Shown: positions 49,329 through 60,491 of the stretch, piece by piece
Position numbering within the stretch: the first letter of the stretch is position 1
How the letters are laid out: each line of letters starts with the position of its first letter
Assembly (NCBI GenBank): GCA_965645245.1
Contig: OZ287071.1
Span: forward strand, 1,798,001-1,862,000
Reading direction: 5' to 3'
Source: Massalongia carnosa
Lineage: Eukaryota
Length of the DNA: 64,000 nucleotides
The notes under the pieces: generated by a model
What the model was told of the DNA's origin: nothing
Databases searched by the model: none
The model's input: only the letters and a program-made list of their open reading frames with translations
Program-made: the position numbers and the translations under genes

Positions 49329-51742
49329 GCCCAATGGAGATGCTGAGGCTTTAATGCTGGAGTTACTCGCGGGCGGCTCGCACGGTAATGCGTTTCAGTC
49401 GGAAGTTGAGCGCTAGGGTGGGCGGGTCGCAGGTGACGATGGAGGAAGAGAGCCAGCTGTTTAGCGGTCGCGTTATTACTTGTCCAGTGTGACAGGAAAG
49501 ACTCGGCATGCGTCAGGAATCAGAGAGCGGGCATTGAAGGGTTAAGCGACGAGGAATTGATCACGGAAAGAATGGGTTGTGTTATTGAGAGAAAGCGAGG
49601 GTGAAGAATTAGTTAATTGTTGAGATGGAACAGGAAGAGCTTACCTGAACTTTAAAGAAAAGATACCACCGAGATCTGTTTTTTTTTTCAAAAAGGAAAG
49701 AAAAGAAATTAATGACGGGACACCTCGTGGCGACAGGGATCCGATGAACGCGCTAGGAGGCATGCGGCTAGCAGTCTTACTCGGACAACGCCCCCGAGGC
49801 CCCCAAAGACACACGAGACAACATCTGACACGAGTTGCCTCACCTAAGGACCACTCAAGGCCACGCGACAAGTCCCCGGTACAGAGTATGCTGGAGCGAG
49901 GTCAATCTTTTTGCGGTTTTGCGGTTTTGCGGTTTTGAGCCAATAGTCGGATGAAACTGATCTTACTTTGACTCTCACAGGCGCAGCGGGTACTCTGTAC
50001 TGCGGGTACTCTGTACGGCGAAGGAAGGAAACAAGATCGACGATTGCCCATCCGATGGATTCCTCGCTTTCATTGACGGGCCCATTAATAGATCCATCGG
50101 AGATATCAAGTATCCTTTTCTGGAAGGGATGGGATGATCATCTCCATCCCGCCTTAAATTGATCTCGATGCACGAATGAGATAGATGGGTATGTGTTAGC
50201 TCAAGTGCTAAGTAACTTTGGATGCTTGCTGCCCTCCTGTTTCGTGAGTCCACACATGACACATCGGACATCTCAGAGCCAAGTCTACCAAACCAACGAC
50301 TCTCCCGCATTTGGTTACTCGTCCTTCCCCCTCGTTTACAAACTCGTACACCCCCAGCCATAATAACTAAAGCAATTCCGCCGCTAAGTTGGTTATTAAT
50401 ATGGTCATCATCAGCTTATCAAGCATCAAAACTAGTCGACAACGTCTCGAAGACGACGTGTTGAACTTATTTGACAAACAAAATTTTAACTCATTCATCC
50501 CAGAAGAATGTGATTGAATGAATCGTATAAAATGAAATTCCAAACAGAGAATATATATTTTTTGGATGAAAACGTGTTCGCTCACTAACTAGCGTGTTTC
50601 AAATAAGGTGTGTGGCAAATAGGGGTGAATACTTCTATACAAGTACTTATCATAACTAGCTATCGCAATCGATATTCTGTACTCGAGGCATTTTTCATTC
50701 TCATTCACATTTTCATTCGCATCATCCCCATCACCCCTTGGAGCAGCGCTCTACTTGCATCAAACACATTAACCTTATCATCTTTAACAGTAAAATCTTC
50801 ACTAAAGTTGATTCAAGCACACCATGAAGATGACTTCAACGCGTAAAGGATATATCTGCAAGATACGTATTGTAAACCGGTAGTTTACCTGAGAAGTACT
50901 GTACCTAGATCCGGGGACCCAGCGCTGCTGAGGTAAAGGTTTAGCAGGACCTTGGTGATAGCTCGCTAAGACGGTAATTGGTACTTGGCTGCGATTACCT
51001 TACCGGTACTAAAGACCTTTCCAGCATTTTCCGTTATACTCTAGATTGTTCCCAGGTACCTACCTACCAGGTAATCTAAATATCAATTAAGAAATCCGGG
51101 TTTCTTAATTTAATCTGTTGCTTTGGGCTCAACGGACGGGAGCCGCTATGATTTGCAGTGTTTGTATTTGGTATCTACCTGCGTGCATAGTACACGTGCT
51201 CGAGTGGTGAAAACGCCGGTGCTGGGAAGTCGGTAACAAGATGAATCCTCCATGAGCCATTCCCTGCAAGAGACTTTTGACGCTGAGTAGGGTCAAACGC
51301 ATATCCCCGAGATCCTAAGAAAAGATCTAGCGCCCTGACTTGGATTTCCCTCACGGTTAAATGGAAGAAACAAGAAGAACAAAAGACACAACATCCCCGC
51401 GACTGTAAGATACATGGTTGATTAATGATTCCTGCGTGCCACTTCAAAGAACATGTATGGAAAACTTTGGATTGACCCCCAATGGCCGAAGTAGATTGCT
51501 GGAAAAACATGTTGGCAGCACCTTGGCGATTCCGAGGAGATCCATGTCATTGTGGCTCATCCTACATCAACATGCTGAATACCGTCCGTAATTATAACAA
51601 TCCAGTCTTCCCAACCTGCAGGAGAAGGCCATTTGAAGGTTGTTGGGGGCAAGAAGGGGACAGCTGACACGCAATGAGTGACCCAGAGAAGGCTGTCGAA
51701 GGTAAATCTCCGGATGTTATCTTCAATTCAACCTAGGTACGT

Positions 51743-53476
51743 TCACCAAGCCCACACTCGGAGCTGTTGCGCGGTTTCAAATATCAGCTCACGCCCAAGA
51801 GAACAGGTTTAAAAAGAAGTATAGACTTACTACTGAGTCCCAAGACCCTGTGCAAAGGCTCATTCCATCGTTACTAACACCCAGACAGCTGACTCGATTT
51901 TCGTGGCCATTCAGACTTCCGACCCGGTCGCCCCGAAGCACATCCCAGACCTGGATATCTAAATTAGCATCTCTACCACAAAAACACTTCATTTAACAGA
52001 GAGAAGATGCAGGGGTCACTTGTTAAATAGATGAGAAGAGCGGGTTTCCGACCTTGCATTCAAAATCATCATAACCAGCGAAGAGTAATCGTCCCGACAC
52101 AGAAAAAGCGACCGAAGTAATACCACAGAGAATTTGATCACTCTGTTGATAGAAGTTAGCAAGCTCTGAAACCATCATTATAAAATTTCTGGATGAAAGG
52201 GACACGAATTGGTATGAATCAAAAGATTTAATAAAAAAACGAACCCGAGAATTTTTTTTTGAAAGCAGGTAATATAAAAATTTTTTTAACATAAAGCTGA
52301 GTATATCACCGAGGCTCCACATAAGACAGATCAGCATGGAAACAGAGGCTTATTTTAAATTTGTACACAATCAATCACTTTGAGGGCTTTCAAATCAGAA
52401 ACAACAAATCAAGCAGTAATAGATTAATTGAGCCCAAACGAACGGGAAACATAGAAATCCGATATCAAAAAACACTCTTGGGAGAATTTGATGAACACAA
52501 CCAGATACACGATATTTAACGGAGCTGCGAGCAAAGAGACTTACAGCGTATGTGTTAACTTCGCGATCTGCTCTAATGTCAAATAGACGGCATGTGGCAT
52601 CATCAGAGCCGGTGCCAAAAGCTTGACCGTCAGGGAAAAATTGGACGGCATTGATATCGGACTCATGGCCAGCAAAAGTTTGTACGGCTTTGCCGGTGCG
52701 TATGTCCCAGAGCTTGGCAAATGCGTCGCAAGCCCCGGAGACAAAAACGTTCTGATTTGTAGGGTTTATACTTATGCTCATAACGTCTCCCAAATGATCC
52801 GCAAACTCGGTCACCTTCGATCCAGTCTCAACGTCCCATAACATACAGGTCATGTCGCCTGACGAGGTTAAAATGCGGCGATCGTTGATGAAGCGACAGC
52901 AGGAAAGATAGCCAGAATGGCCAGAAAGCTCCCGAGCGACACGAGTGGGTCCTTCACGAGATGACAGATTATACACCGAGCAGATATTATCAAGCCCGCC
53001 GCAGGCTACATAGTTGCCGCTGGGGGCATATGCACAAGTCATGACCCAGGAGGAGCGAAGTGGAATGGCATGGACCTTGTTGGTAGTATATGCATCCCAA
53101 ATGATTAGCTTCCCATCTTGCGAAGCGGAAACTAGATGTCTTCGATCCGTTGACCAGTGCATTGCATATATTTTGGCAAGATGGCCCTTTAGAACCCTAC
53201 GAGACTTCATGCCAATTCGAGGTAGTTGATCTGTGTGGGATTGAGCCACTCCGCGCACTGCAGAACCCTGTCAGCTCAAGGTTCTTTAAAAAGGTAGGAC
53301 TCTTTTATTCCTTTCGAGGCGATAATATGGTCTTACAGAAGAAACTCTATAAACTTACAAGACGTGTCGGCAAGCTCCTCCTTCTTGCGCTTAATTCTGT
53401 CCTTCAAGCCTTCTGCATCGCGTCTTGCAGCGGCAATTTTGGCTTGCATCTGCTCGCCAGACATCTCGGAGGACAT
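51743..53476 (-). CDS. sfaD: Heterotrimeric G-protein beta subunit, multi-exon
   Basis: [93 protein letters not shown]; ends LRVWAW*. Confidence 0.98.
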
Positions 53477-54918
53477 AATCGGTAAATAATCCTATAGAAG
53501 GAGGTCTACTCGCTGATTAGGTTGATCACTCTAGGGATTCGCTGCGACGGGTGCGCAGCGAGGTTTTGGAGTGAGCGAGCGACTGTAACAATGGCGGTGA
53601 TTGTAGATTGATAAGGCTAAAGCTGACAACAGGACAGGAGAAAGTAGGCGTGAACAGCTCTGATTCCAAGTCAAATCTAAAGACTAGATCAGTAAGGGCC
53701 TGCACTCGTAGTGAGTAAGACCAAATGATGGACAACGGAAAGGTCGTGTTGACCTCAGACAAAGGTTGATTAAACGGACTAGTGAATCTGCTTGGGTAAG
53801 TGTTACATTAGATATCCGTAATATTTCAGGTACAGAGTACTCTGAGCCAAAACGTTGTATTCCAGAGGAGATCTAGAATAGGCCCGTTCTTTACGGGATC
53901 TTTGAGGTGTAGAGGCTAAGAGGCAACTCAATAATATTGATGGGGAAGGGCTTTGTTACAAAGCATCGGAAGTCCACTGGCCTATTCTGTATAGAGTATT
54001 CTGGACTTATGGGCCGATATAGTACGGGATACAGAGAAGTACCTAACTACGCTAAGAAAAAGTAAAGCCCCCTGACTTGGTTTTCGACTTGACTCCACGG
54101 AGTACAGAGTAACCAAAAATCTGCCTTGGGATAGAGTTAACCACCGAAAGACTGTAATCAAAAAGTGGGCATGTCTTTCTAAGAATCTTTTAACATAATA
54201 TTTCTACTTGGGAAATCCCATGAAATGCTTTTCAAATCTGGATGATTTGTAGCCTTGCGAGTACTAACTACTATAGTGTATCCTGTGTGCGGGACTGTAT
54301 AATATTCTGCCATACTATTGTAAAATTGCTGCTCCTCTATATTACCTTCGTAAGTGACTGTAATGAATACACCGTACAGCATGACACATTTCATACACAT
54401 ATTAATATCAAACTTTACCTTACAGAGTTCTCTGTAACTACTCTGTATCCGGAATTAGTTCTAATTTCTTCCCCCCTCGCCATGCCTCCACTACATTCAT
54501 CTTACCTTCATCGTCGACACTTTGATTCGGATTGCCATATCAACTTCTCGACGATCGGTCTCTGAAGTTGATTTTCTTGGGGGTGATACAATTGTATCTC
54601 ATTTAATGCGGCGTTGCCTGTGTCGCCTGCAAACTCTCCCTTCCTATTATCGATCAATTTGAACGGCTTTTTTTACTTCATTTGGAACCTATATCCCCCC
54701 CCTCTCTCAATCAGCATCCACGCGCCATTTCACCCAACACAGCTACACAACCGGCCATTTTTCCAACTTGGCTAATTGTCCTTACTGGTCTGAACAGACA
54801 AAGAGTGTCGTATTTTTTTCTCGTCAATCGCGACAACCCACCCCTAGAAACCTTAGCTGGACTTCGACCGGAAACAGGATTGAAAGACATTCAGTAGAGT
54901 TGTTGGACGCTGGTTACA

Positions 54919-56802
54919 ATGAGGGAAGTTAATTTCAGCATACCAAATGTCAACAAGGCATCTGTAGGCATAACAACTGCCTTGTATGACCGTCGAGCTC
55001 TCGATTGCACGTCAACTCTCCCCCTCATTAACTCGCTCAACCATCTCGCTTATCTTACAACGTCGTCCGCCCGCATACGAGACATCCTTACTGTTGATGG
55101 TGGTGTGGAGAGGTTAGTGTGCATTCTGAAGAATGGCAGGAGCCAAGAGATGATGGAGATGTGGAAATGGAATCTCGCTTTTCAATGTGTGGTTAACATT
55201 GGGGTTCGGGGATCGGAAAACGTTCGAACAAGAGTTGTTGAAGCCGACATGGTTCCTGTGATCGCTACGATACTCGACAACTACATTAAAGTTATTGATA
55301 AATGCCGTGAGAAAGTTGAGGCCGATGCTCGGCGCAGTGCCTTACGCTCCACCAAGCCAAACGCCAGGATTTCCCCCAGGCCCCAGGTAGAACGTCAAAG
55401 CTTCAATGATCGCGGCAACACCATGTCTGATAACCGAACATTTCGACGTCAAGAACCCCCTTCAGCGATAGAGATACCACAAACCTTCACCCAGACAATC
55501 CACGCAAACTCACAATACCACTCGACAACCCCTACCGATATGGAACTTACTCCTACGTTGCCTCAATTCATTATGGCGTCCCCGCCTGAACGTTTGACTT
55601 TTGCGCGTCATCATCATCACCATCATCACCACTACCACCATCGTAGCCAAGATGGCAGACATCCCCAATATCGAGGCCCTGGTGCTGGAAGTCGTCATAC
55701 GGCCATGCAGTCCATAACAGCATCTGTCCCATCGATGGATCCTGGCGACGGCTTTGGGCTTCGCCCGGTACGAGATGTAGATCGCTTACCATCCATGCTA
55801 CCTGCCCTCCAGAGCGGTATCACATCCCAGCCAGAATCGCCGACAACGCCAGGTGCCCCGTCCGCCCGTCCTACTTTACCCAGCCTCAGGGATAGACGAA
55901 GGTCCTCTATTCGTCAGCAACAATCAAACTCGGGAGATTCAGATGACGCGAACGGGGAGGAAGTTGCTTCCGAGGCCTCTGCTATCAACGAGATCCTTGA
56001 TGACGCCATGATTGACATACAGACTACAGTAGATATCCAAGAGGCCGAGGATCCTATGCTCGACGCAGTCGCCCCGCTTGGCCTTGCTGCGCAAAACGTA
56101 TCCGAAGGACAGGAAGTCGAAACATTTAACATCACCCACCGATCTGTTATTGATGGAAGCATCATCAATGCCAACGTGGTTCCTGCCAATCCCAATGTCG
56201 GGTTCCCCCCAGTTCCGCAACCCATGAATGCTTCAAATGTTCCCCCTCCTACAATGCCACAGAACATACACGCACGATACCTTCTTGATCGATCTGCTCC
56301 TCCAGGTATACTAGCCGCAACGCCCCGTGACGAGGATGTCTTGATGTCCTTGCAGCTTCTAGCTTACGTTTCCAAATACTGCAATCTAAGGACATACTTT
56401 CAGCAGTCTCATCTTGTTCCTAAACTCAAGATTGGTCACAATCTCCAAATGCTCGACGAGAACCCCCCAAACGAATGCATTCCTTTGGAAGAGTCTATGC
56501 AAGAAGAGTACCTGCTTCCGGATGATTTCAATATTTTTCCGCTGGTAGAGAAGTTCACGGTACGCCATCATTCTAATGACATGCAGCATTGGGCTGGTGT
56601 TGTGATGAGGAATCTTTGCCGCAAGGATGATGCTCGAGGCGGTATACGCCAGTGTGCGTATTACGAGTGTGGAAAATGGGAGCAATGGACAAGGCAATTC
56701 GCGAAGTGTCGGCGTTGTCGTCGCACCAAATACTGCAGCAAAGAATGCCAGAAAAATGCTTGGGGTTACCATCGGCATTGGTGTCAGGTTGCAACGCAGT
56801 GA
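54919..56802 (+). CDS. samB: MYND-type zinc finger protein SamB/Mub1
   Basis: Conserved N-terminus MREVNFSIPNVNKASVGITTALYDRRALDCTS; VVMRNLCRKD; C-terminal CAYYECGKWE..RQFAKCRRCRRTKYCSKECQK.AW..HRHWC. Confidence 0.95.
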   Translation: MREVNFSIPNVNKASVGITTALYDRRALDCTSTLPLINSLNHLAYLTTSSARIRDILTVDGGVERLVCILKNGRSQEMMEMWKWNLAFQCVVNIGVRGSENVRTRVVEADMVPVIATILDNYIKVIDKCREKVEADARRSALRSTKPNARISPRPQVERQSFNDRGNTMSDNRTFRRQEPPSAIEIPQTFTQTIHANSQYHSTTPTDMELTPTLPQFIMASPPERLTFARHHHHHHHHYHHRSQDGRHPQYRGPGAGSRHTAMQSITASVPSMDPGDGFGLRPVRDVDRLPSMLPALQSGITSQPESPTTPGAPSARPTLPSLRDRRRSSIRQQQSNSGDSDDANGEEVASEASAINEILDDAMIDIQTTVDIQEAEDPMLDAVAPLGLAAQNVSEGQEVETFNITHRSVIDGSIINANVVPANPNVGFPPVPQPMNASNVPPPTMPQNIHARYLLDRSAPPGILAATPRDEDVLMSLQLLAYVSKYCNLRTYFQQSHLVPKLKIGHNLQMLDENPPNECIPLEESMQEEYLLPDDFNIFPLVEKFTVRHHSNDMQHWAGVVMRNLCRKDDARGGIRQCAYYECGKWEQWTRQFAKCRRCRRTKYCSKECQKNAWGYHRHWCQVATQ

Positions 56803-57275
56803 CATATCCTTTCCTCTCTTTATCAATTGGTCCTTATTGTGCATAATGGAATACTTACGCAAGATTGGTGGCATCAGCAGCTGATTAGCGCTTCTTATTA
56901 CTTCTTCAGCGCTCCTATTACTACGAGTCTCCTTGCTTTCGCCCATGTACCTTTGAACCTTACGGACATGCTATGCTTGGGCATTCGAATCGCACCCAAT
57001 CTCCATATCACATCTCACGACCAATATCGTCGAGTGGCTCTATTATGAGTTCCTCAACCACATTGCATTATTATACTGAGAATTCCTTGACGGTATTGAT
57101 CCTTTGCACGCTCTCCAAGCGTGTGCAGCTTTCCCATCCACGCTGTTGGTTATTCTTGGCTTTCATATACCCTTCTGAATAGTATACTTATTTCAGCCAA
57201 AAGAGGGGACTTCTTCGTAGCAATGGATCGTTAGAGATGGGCCGAAAACCATGTTTCTTGTCATGATGCTGTGTT

Positions 57276-58741
57276 TTAACTTTGCTGTACTTCTCCGCCC
57301 AATGGATTCGTCTGCTTGGCCCACCCGTATGTAGCTACCAGTCGGCTATCCAGGTGCTCTGCCGCGGTCATGATACTGTCGATATTCTCATCTCCACATG
57401 CTTCCTTTATCTCTAATCTCCTCATGCTCACGAGTCTGCTCGGGATTCTAACCAACTTTGTATCATTTAGGGGGTGACAAAAATATGCAATACTGTATCT
57501 GTCTTCCTGCCTATCTGTTGCCATAACTACCCTATGCACTGTACTTTTGAGTAATCCACCTGTCCAATGGTCCAGCAGATCCCCTATGTTAACAAGAATG
57601 GGTGGGTAGTCGTCACTCTCAGTTCCTTGTGGAAAGACAGGAACAGATGACCATAGTAGGTCCTGCGTGAATATTTCTAGCCCTGTTTGTGAGGGTCGCT
57701 GAAACAAGAGAGTTAAGGAGCCTATCGCTATAATTAGTTTTATTACCTTTGTCGTCGAAAGATGTTACCCTTAGGCTACTGGAAATACCGTAATCGCTGT
57801 GAGCACCGGCCCGAACATCATTTGATAAGCTATTGCTTGCTCCATTTCGAATTCTGGGGTACTGGTGTCCAAAAGTCAGTTATGTAACCAAGAGAAACAG
57901 AATGCTAAGTGCGGCTAACATATAGCAGTCGGAGAATACTACCCGAGGAACCTTTTGAGGTATCGTGGCGGTGAGAGAACCAGTGCTCACCTCCACTACT
58001 TTCATCGATCTGGTCTTCCCTATTAGAAGAAGTTCTTGATTCAGCATCGAAGGGAACTACGTACTTCCAGGCCGAGTGCGAAGAGACGGAGCAGCTTGAT
58101 ACAAAGATTACGACAGAGACACTCGAAATGTCTAATCGCATTTTCGTCATTGACTAGCGATCTCGGTAGGGGTTGTTGGGCTTTGCCGTTAACGAATTCA
58201 CCGAAGTTTAACGCTCTGAGTATTGTCAAAGCTAACTCGTGAAAAAATTTAGGCACGCAAACTCTTTAAAGTCTCCTGTCTTCAAGATCGTCAATTGGAT
58301 TTCCATCTTGGAGTTTTTTCTAACAACTTACTTTCTGACTATCTTGATCCAAAATCTCGGAATATGGTGATGACCATCCCATATTCTAGGAGACGTGTTA
58401 AATTATTCCGTAAGTAGAATACCTAAAGAAATATATGTATCATACATTGGGGCTAATTGCACATTTCTCCTTCTCTTCTACAGGAGATTTGAAGAAGTTG
58501 CGTGACTTCTGAAAGCGTTAGGAATGCTTCCATGGTCCCGATACTTCTGTAGAGGGGGTAATTTTGACCTAACCAGTTCGAAAATGGCATCAATAACTTC
58601 GGGCGTAAAGCCTAGTTCCTTCCCCTTGACGAAAACAAACCCCCATCTCGCCGCGGCGGCCACCATTTCATTTCCTGTTTGCGTGTCCACTTGGGAAATA
58701 TTGATAACGGGAATCGAACCTTCTTTCCCTGGGGCCGACAT
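57276..58741 (-). CDS. 2-oxoglutarate/Fe(II)-dependent oxygenase (IPNS/DAO-like), multi-exon
   Basis: IPVINIS...WGFVFV; SILRLLY; RAGAHSDYG (HxD); ILVNIGDLL..WT.G.LKSTVHRV (distal His); RYSIAYF (RxS). Confidence 0.92.
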
Positions 58742-59027
58742 AATAAGCCCAAGTGTGGCTTCTTATTGTTAGGTAGGATATTTGATTCAGGAAGTCCCAT
58801 AGGTTTCACGTAGACAAAAAAAAAGGCGATTTCAACAAATCGTTACTTGTGCTTGGCAATATTTTTTAAATCATTAATTTCGATCAGGCATCCTCAGCTT
58901 CCAACACATCAGCTTATGATATCAACATTAGATGGCCAAACTTAATCATCATGATGGATTCTGGTTAATCTTATCTCTGCACTTACGTACAATACTCGGT
59001 ACTCGTACAAAGAAAAACAAGTAACTA

Positions 59028-59060
59028 GCCACGCGGGGCCAAAAAAAGTTCCCACACCAA
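59028..59060 (+). repeat. Candidate left terminal inverted repeat of a Tc1-like DNA transposon
   Basis: (TA)GCCACGCGGGGCCAAAAAAAGTTCCCACAC resembles Tc1-type termini (GGCCAAAAA...CCAC). The partner repeat would lie beyond the window, so this is unconfirmed. Confidence 0.45.
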
Positions 59061-59327
59061 AAATTTCACCCACCCTAAAAATCCATCTATGACCCTTATC
59101 GGTGCCGTTACCTTCGCTTGCGCTGGGGGGGCTTTTAATTGGATGAATTGATTTGAATGCTTGAATTTGATTGGGCATGGGAACGACACAGGTCAGCCCG
59201 GGCAGGCCTAGGCACGTGACTCGGGGTCGGTGCTGAGGTGAGAACCTCATCTTCTAGGCCCGAGGCGTCTGCTGACGCTCAACGATCCGATAGATGATGC
59301 CCGACGGCAGTGCCCGACGGCGATGAT

Positions 59328-60491
59328 CTAGATGGAGGTGCCCGGCGGCGCTCCGGATCGATGCCCTGGTTGACCTGTACGCCCAATGGAATGCCCAATT
59401 GAGTAGGGGTAGGAGTTTGTAGGATTCGTCTCGGCGACGACAGCACGTGGGACTGCTAGAGGGATGCCTTTTTGAAAACTGAGGTTCAAATTGAATAGTG
59501 AGGCCTGGGACGTCTGAAAGTATAGCTGAAACGCGTTTGATGACCATCTTCCGAGTCTCTGAATACTCTCATCCAGCATCCCGTGGTCGGCGGCGTGTTG
59601 TGCTGCTCCTTTTCTGAAGCTGTGTCCCGAGTATGCCGAGTCGTTGATGCCGACGGCTATCAGTCTCTTTTTCAGGGATGCTATGACGGAGGCTCTGGTG
59701 AATGCGGTGCCGAGACGAAAAAGCGGGGATGTAGATGGCTGAGGATCATTTCTGAAAAGACGCCGTAGTGCTGTCACGGGGCAAGTGCTCTCATTGGTCG
59801 CTGCCAGCACTATCTGAACTCCTGAGTGATTTGTGTCTGTTTTGCTTCTTTTGAGACGTAATGTCGCGTATTGATCGTTCTCGGCGAATGAGATGTCACC
59901 TCGTGTAGGTTTCAATCTCTGAAAAGATGTCTTCTTACGATCAGCGACAGTGTAGGTGATTTCCCCGAGTCTGAGGAACCCTGCCCATGCAACTTTGAAT
60001 GTCGCGTCGATGTTGAGGTCTTCGGCCGAATGAGCGGGAATACTGGTGATTTTTGTCAGTAATTCTTTTGAAATGGGTAGGCGTCTTCTTTTTGTCTGAG
60101 AAAAGATCCTTTTTCCCCCTTTCAGCATCAATTGAAGTCTCGGCCCCTCGAATGGGGTGAGGCCGTATCCTCGGTCTACATGGTATGATCTGAGGCCGGC
60201 GAGGTAGCTCGCTGCCGTCTCTGGTTTTATCTTTCCCTGCTTGGGTGTGCCGCCCCCGTATAGTCGACCGGCTAGCCATTCCTCGAGGGACTCGGTTGTT
60301 GCAGGCCACGACGTGCGTCCCGTCGTCGCGCAGAATGCCTCGTATGAGTCGATCGCCGTCCCGTACCCTTTTCTCGTGTCCGCCGAGTGTCCGTGCCAGA
60401 CGAGACGTTTTACCAGGGCTGACCCTGGTGTGGAGGATAGGTAGGTGGAGGGAGGTTCATCGAATTGTATGGGTTCTGCCAATGAGGGCAA
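59328..60491 (-). CDS. Tyrosine recombinase (phage-integrase family) of the YR retrotransposon
   Basis: Complete catalytic set: FLRLGE (R), KRSKTD (K), SGHSFRKG (HxxR), LGRW (W), FQLY (Y). N-terminal SAM-like core-binding region (TRKGY...SYLAGLRSYH). Confidence 0.95.
   Translation of the reverse strand: MPSLAEPIQFDEPPSTYLSSTPGSALVKRLVWHGHSADTRKGYGTAIDSYEAFCATTGRTSWPATTESLEEWLAGRLYGGGTPKQGKIKPETAASYLAGLRSYHVDRGYGLTPFEGPRLQLMLKGGKRIFSQTKRRRLPISKELLTKITSIPAHSAEDLNIDATFKVAWAGFLRLGEITYTVADRKKTSFQRLKPTRGDISFAENDQYATLRLKRSKTDTNHSGVQIVLAATNESTCPVTALRRLFRNDPQPSTSPLFRLGTAFTRASVIASLKKRLIAVGINDSAYSGHSFRKGAAQHAADHGMLDESIQRLGRWSSNAFQLYFQTSQASLFNLNLSFQKGIPLAVPRAVVAETNPTNSYPYSIGHSIGRTGQPGHRSGAPPGTSI

Noticed and set aside
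59328..60491. YR as a Starship captain, Crypton or prophage integrase
   Set aside because: It is short and intron-less and overlaps an RT/RNase H ORF downstream of a gag, which is the DIRS-order layout. There are no cargo or phage genes.
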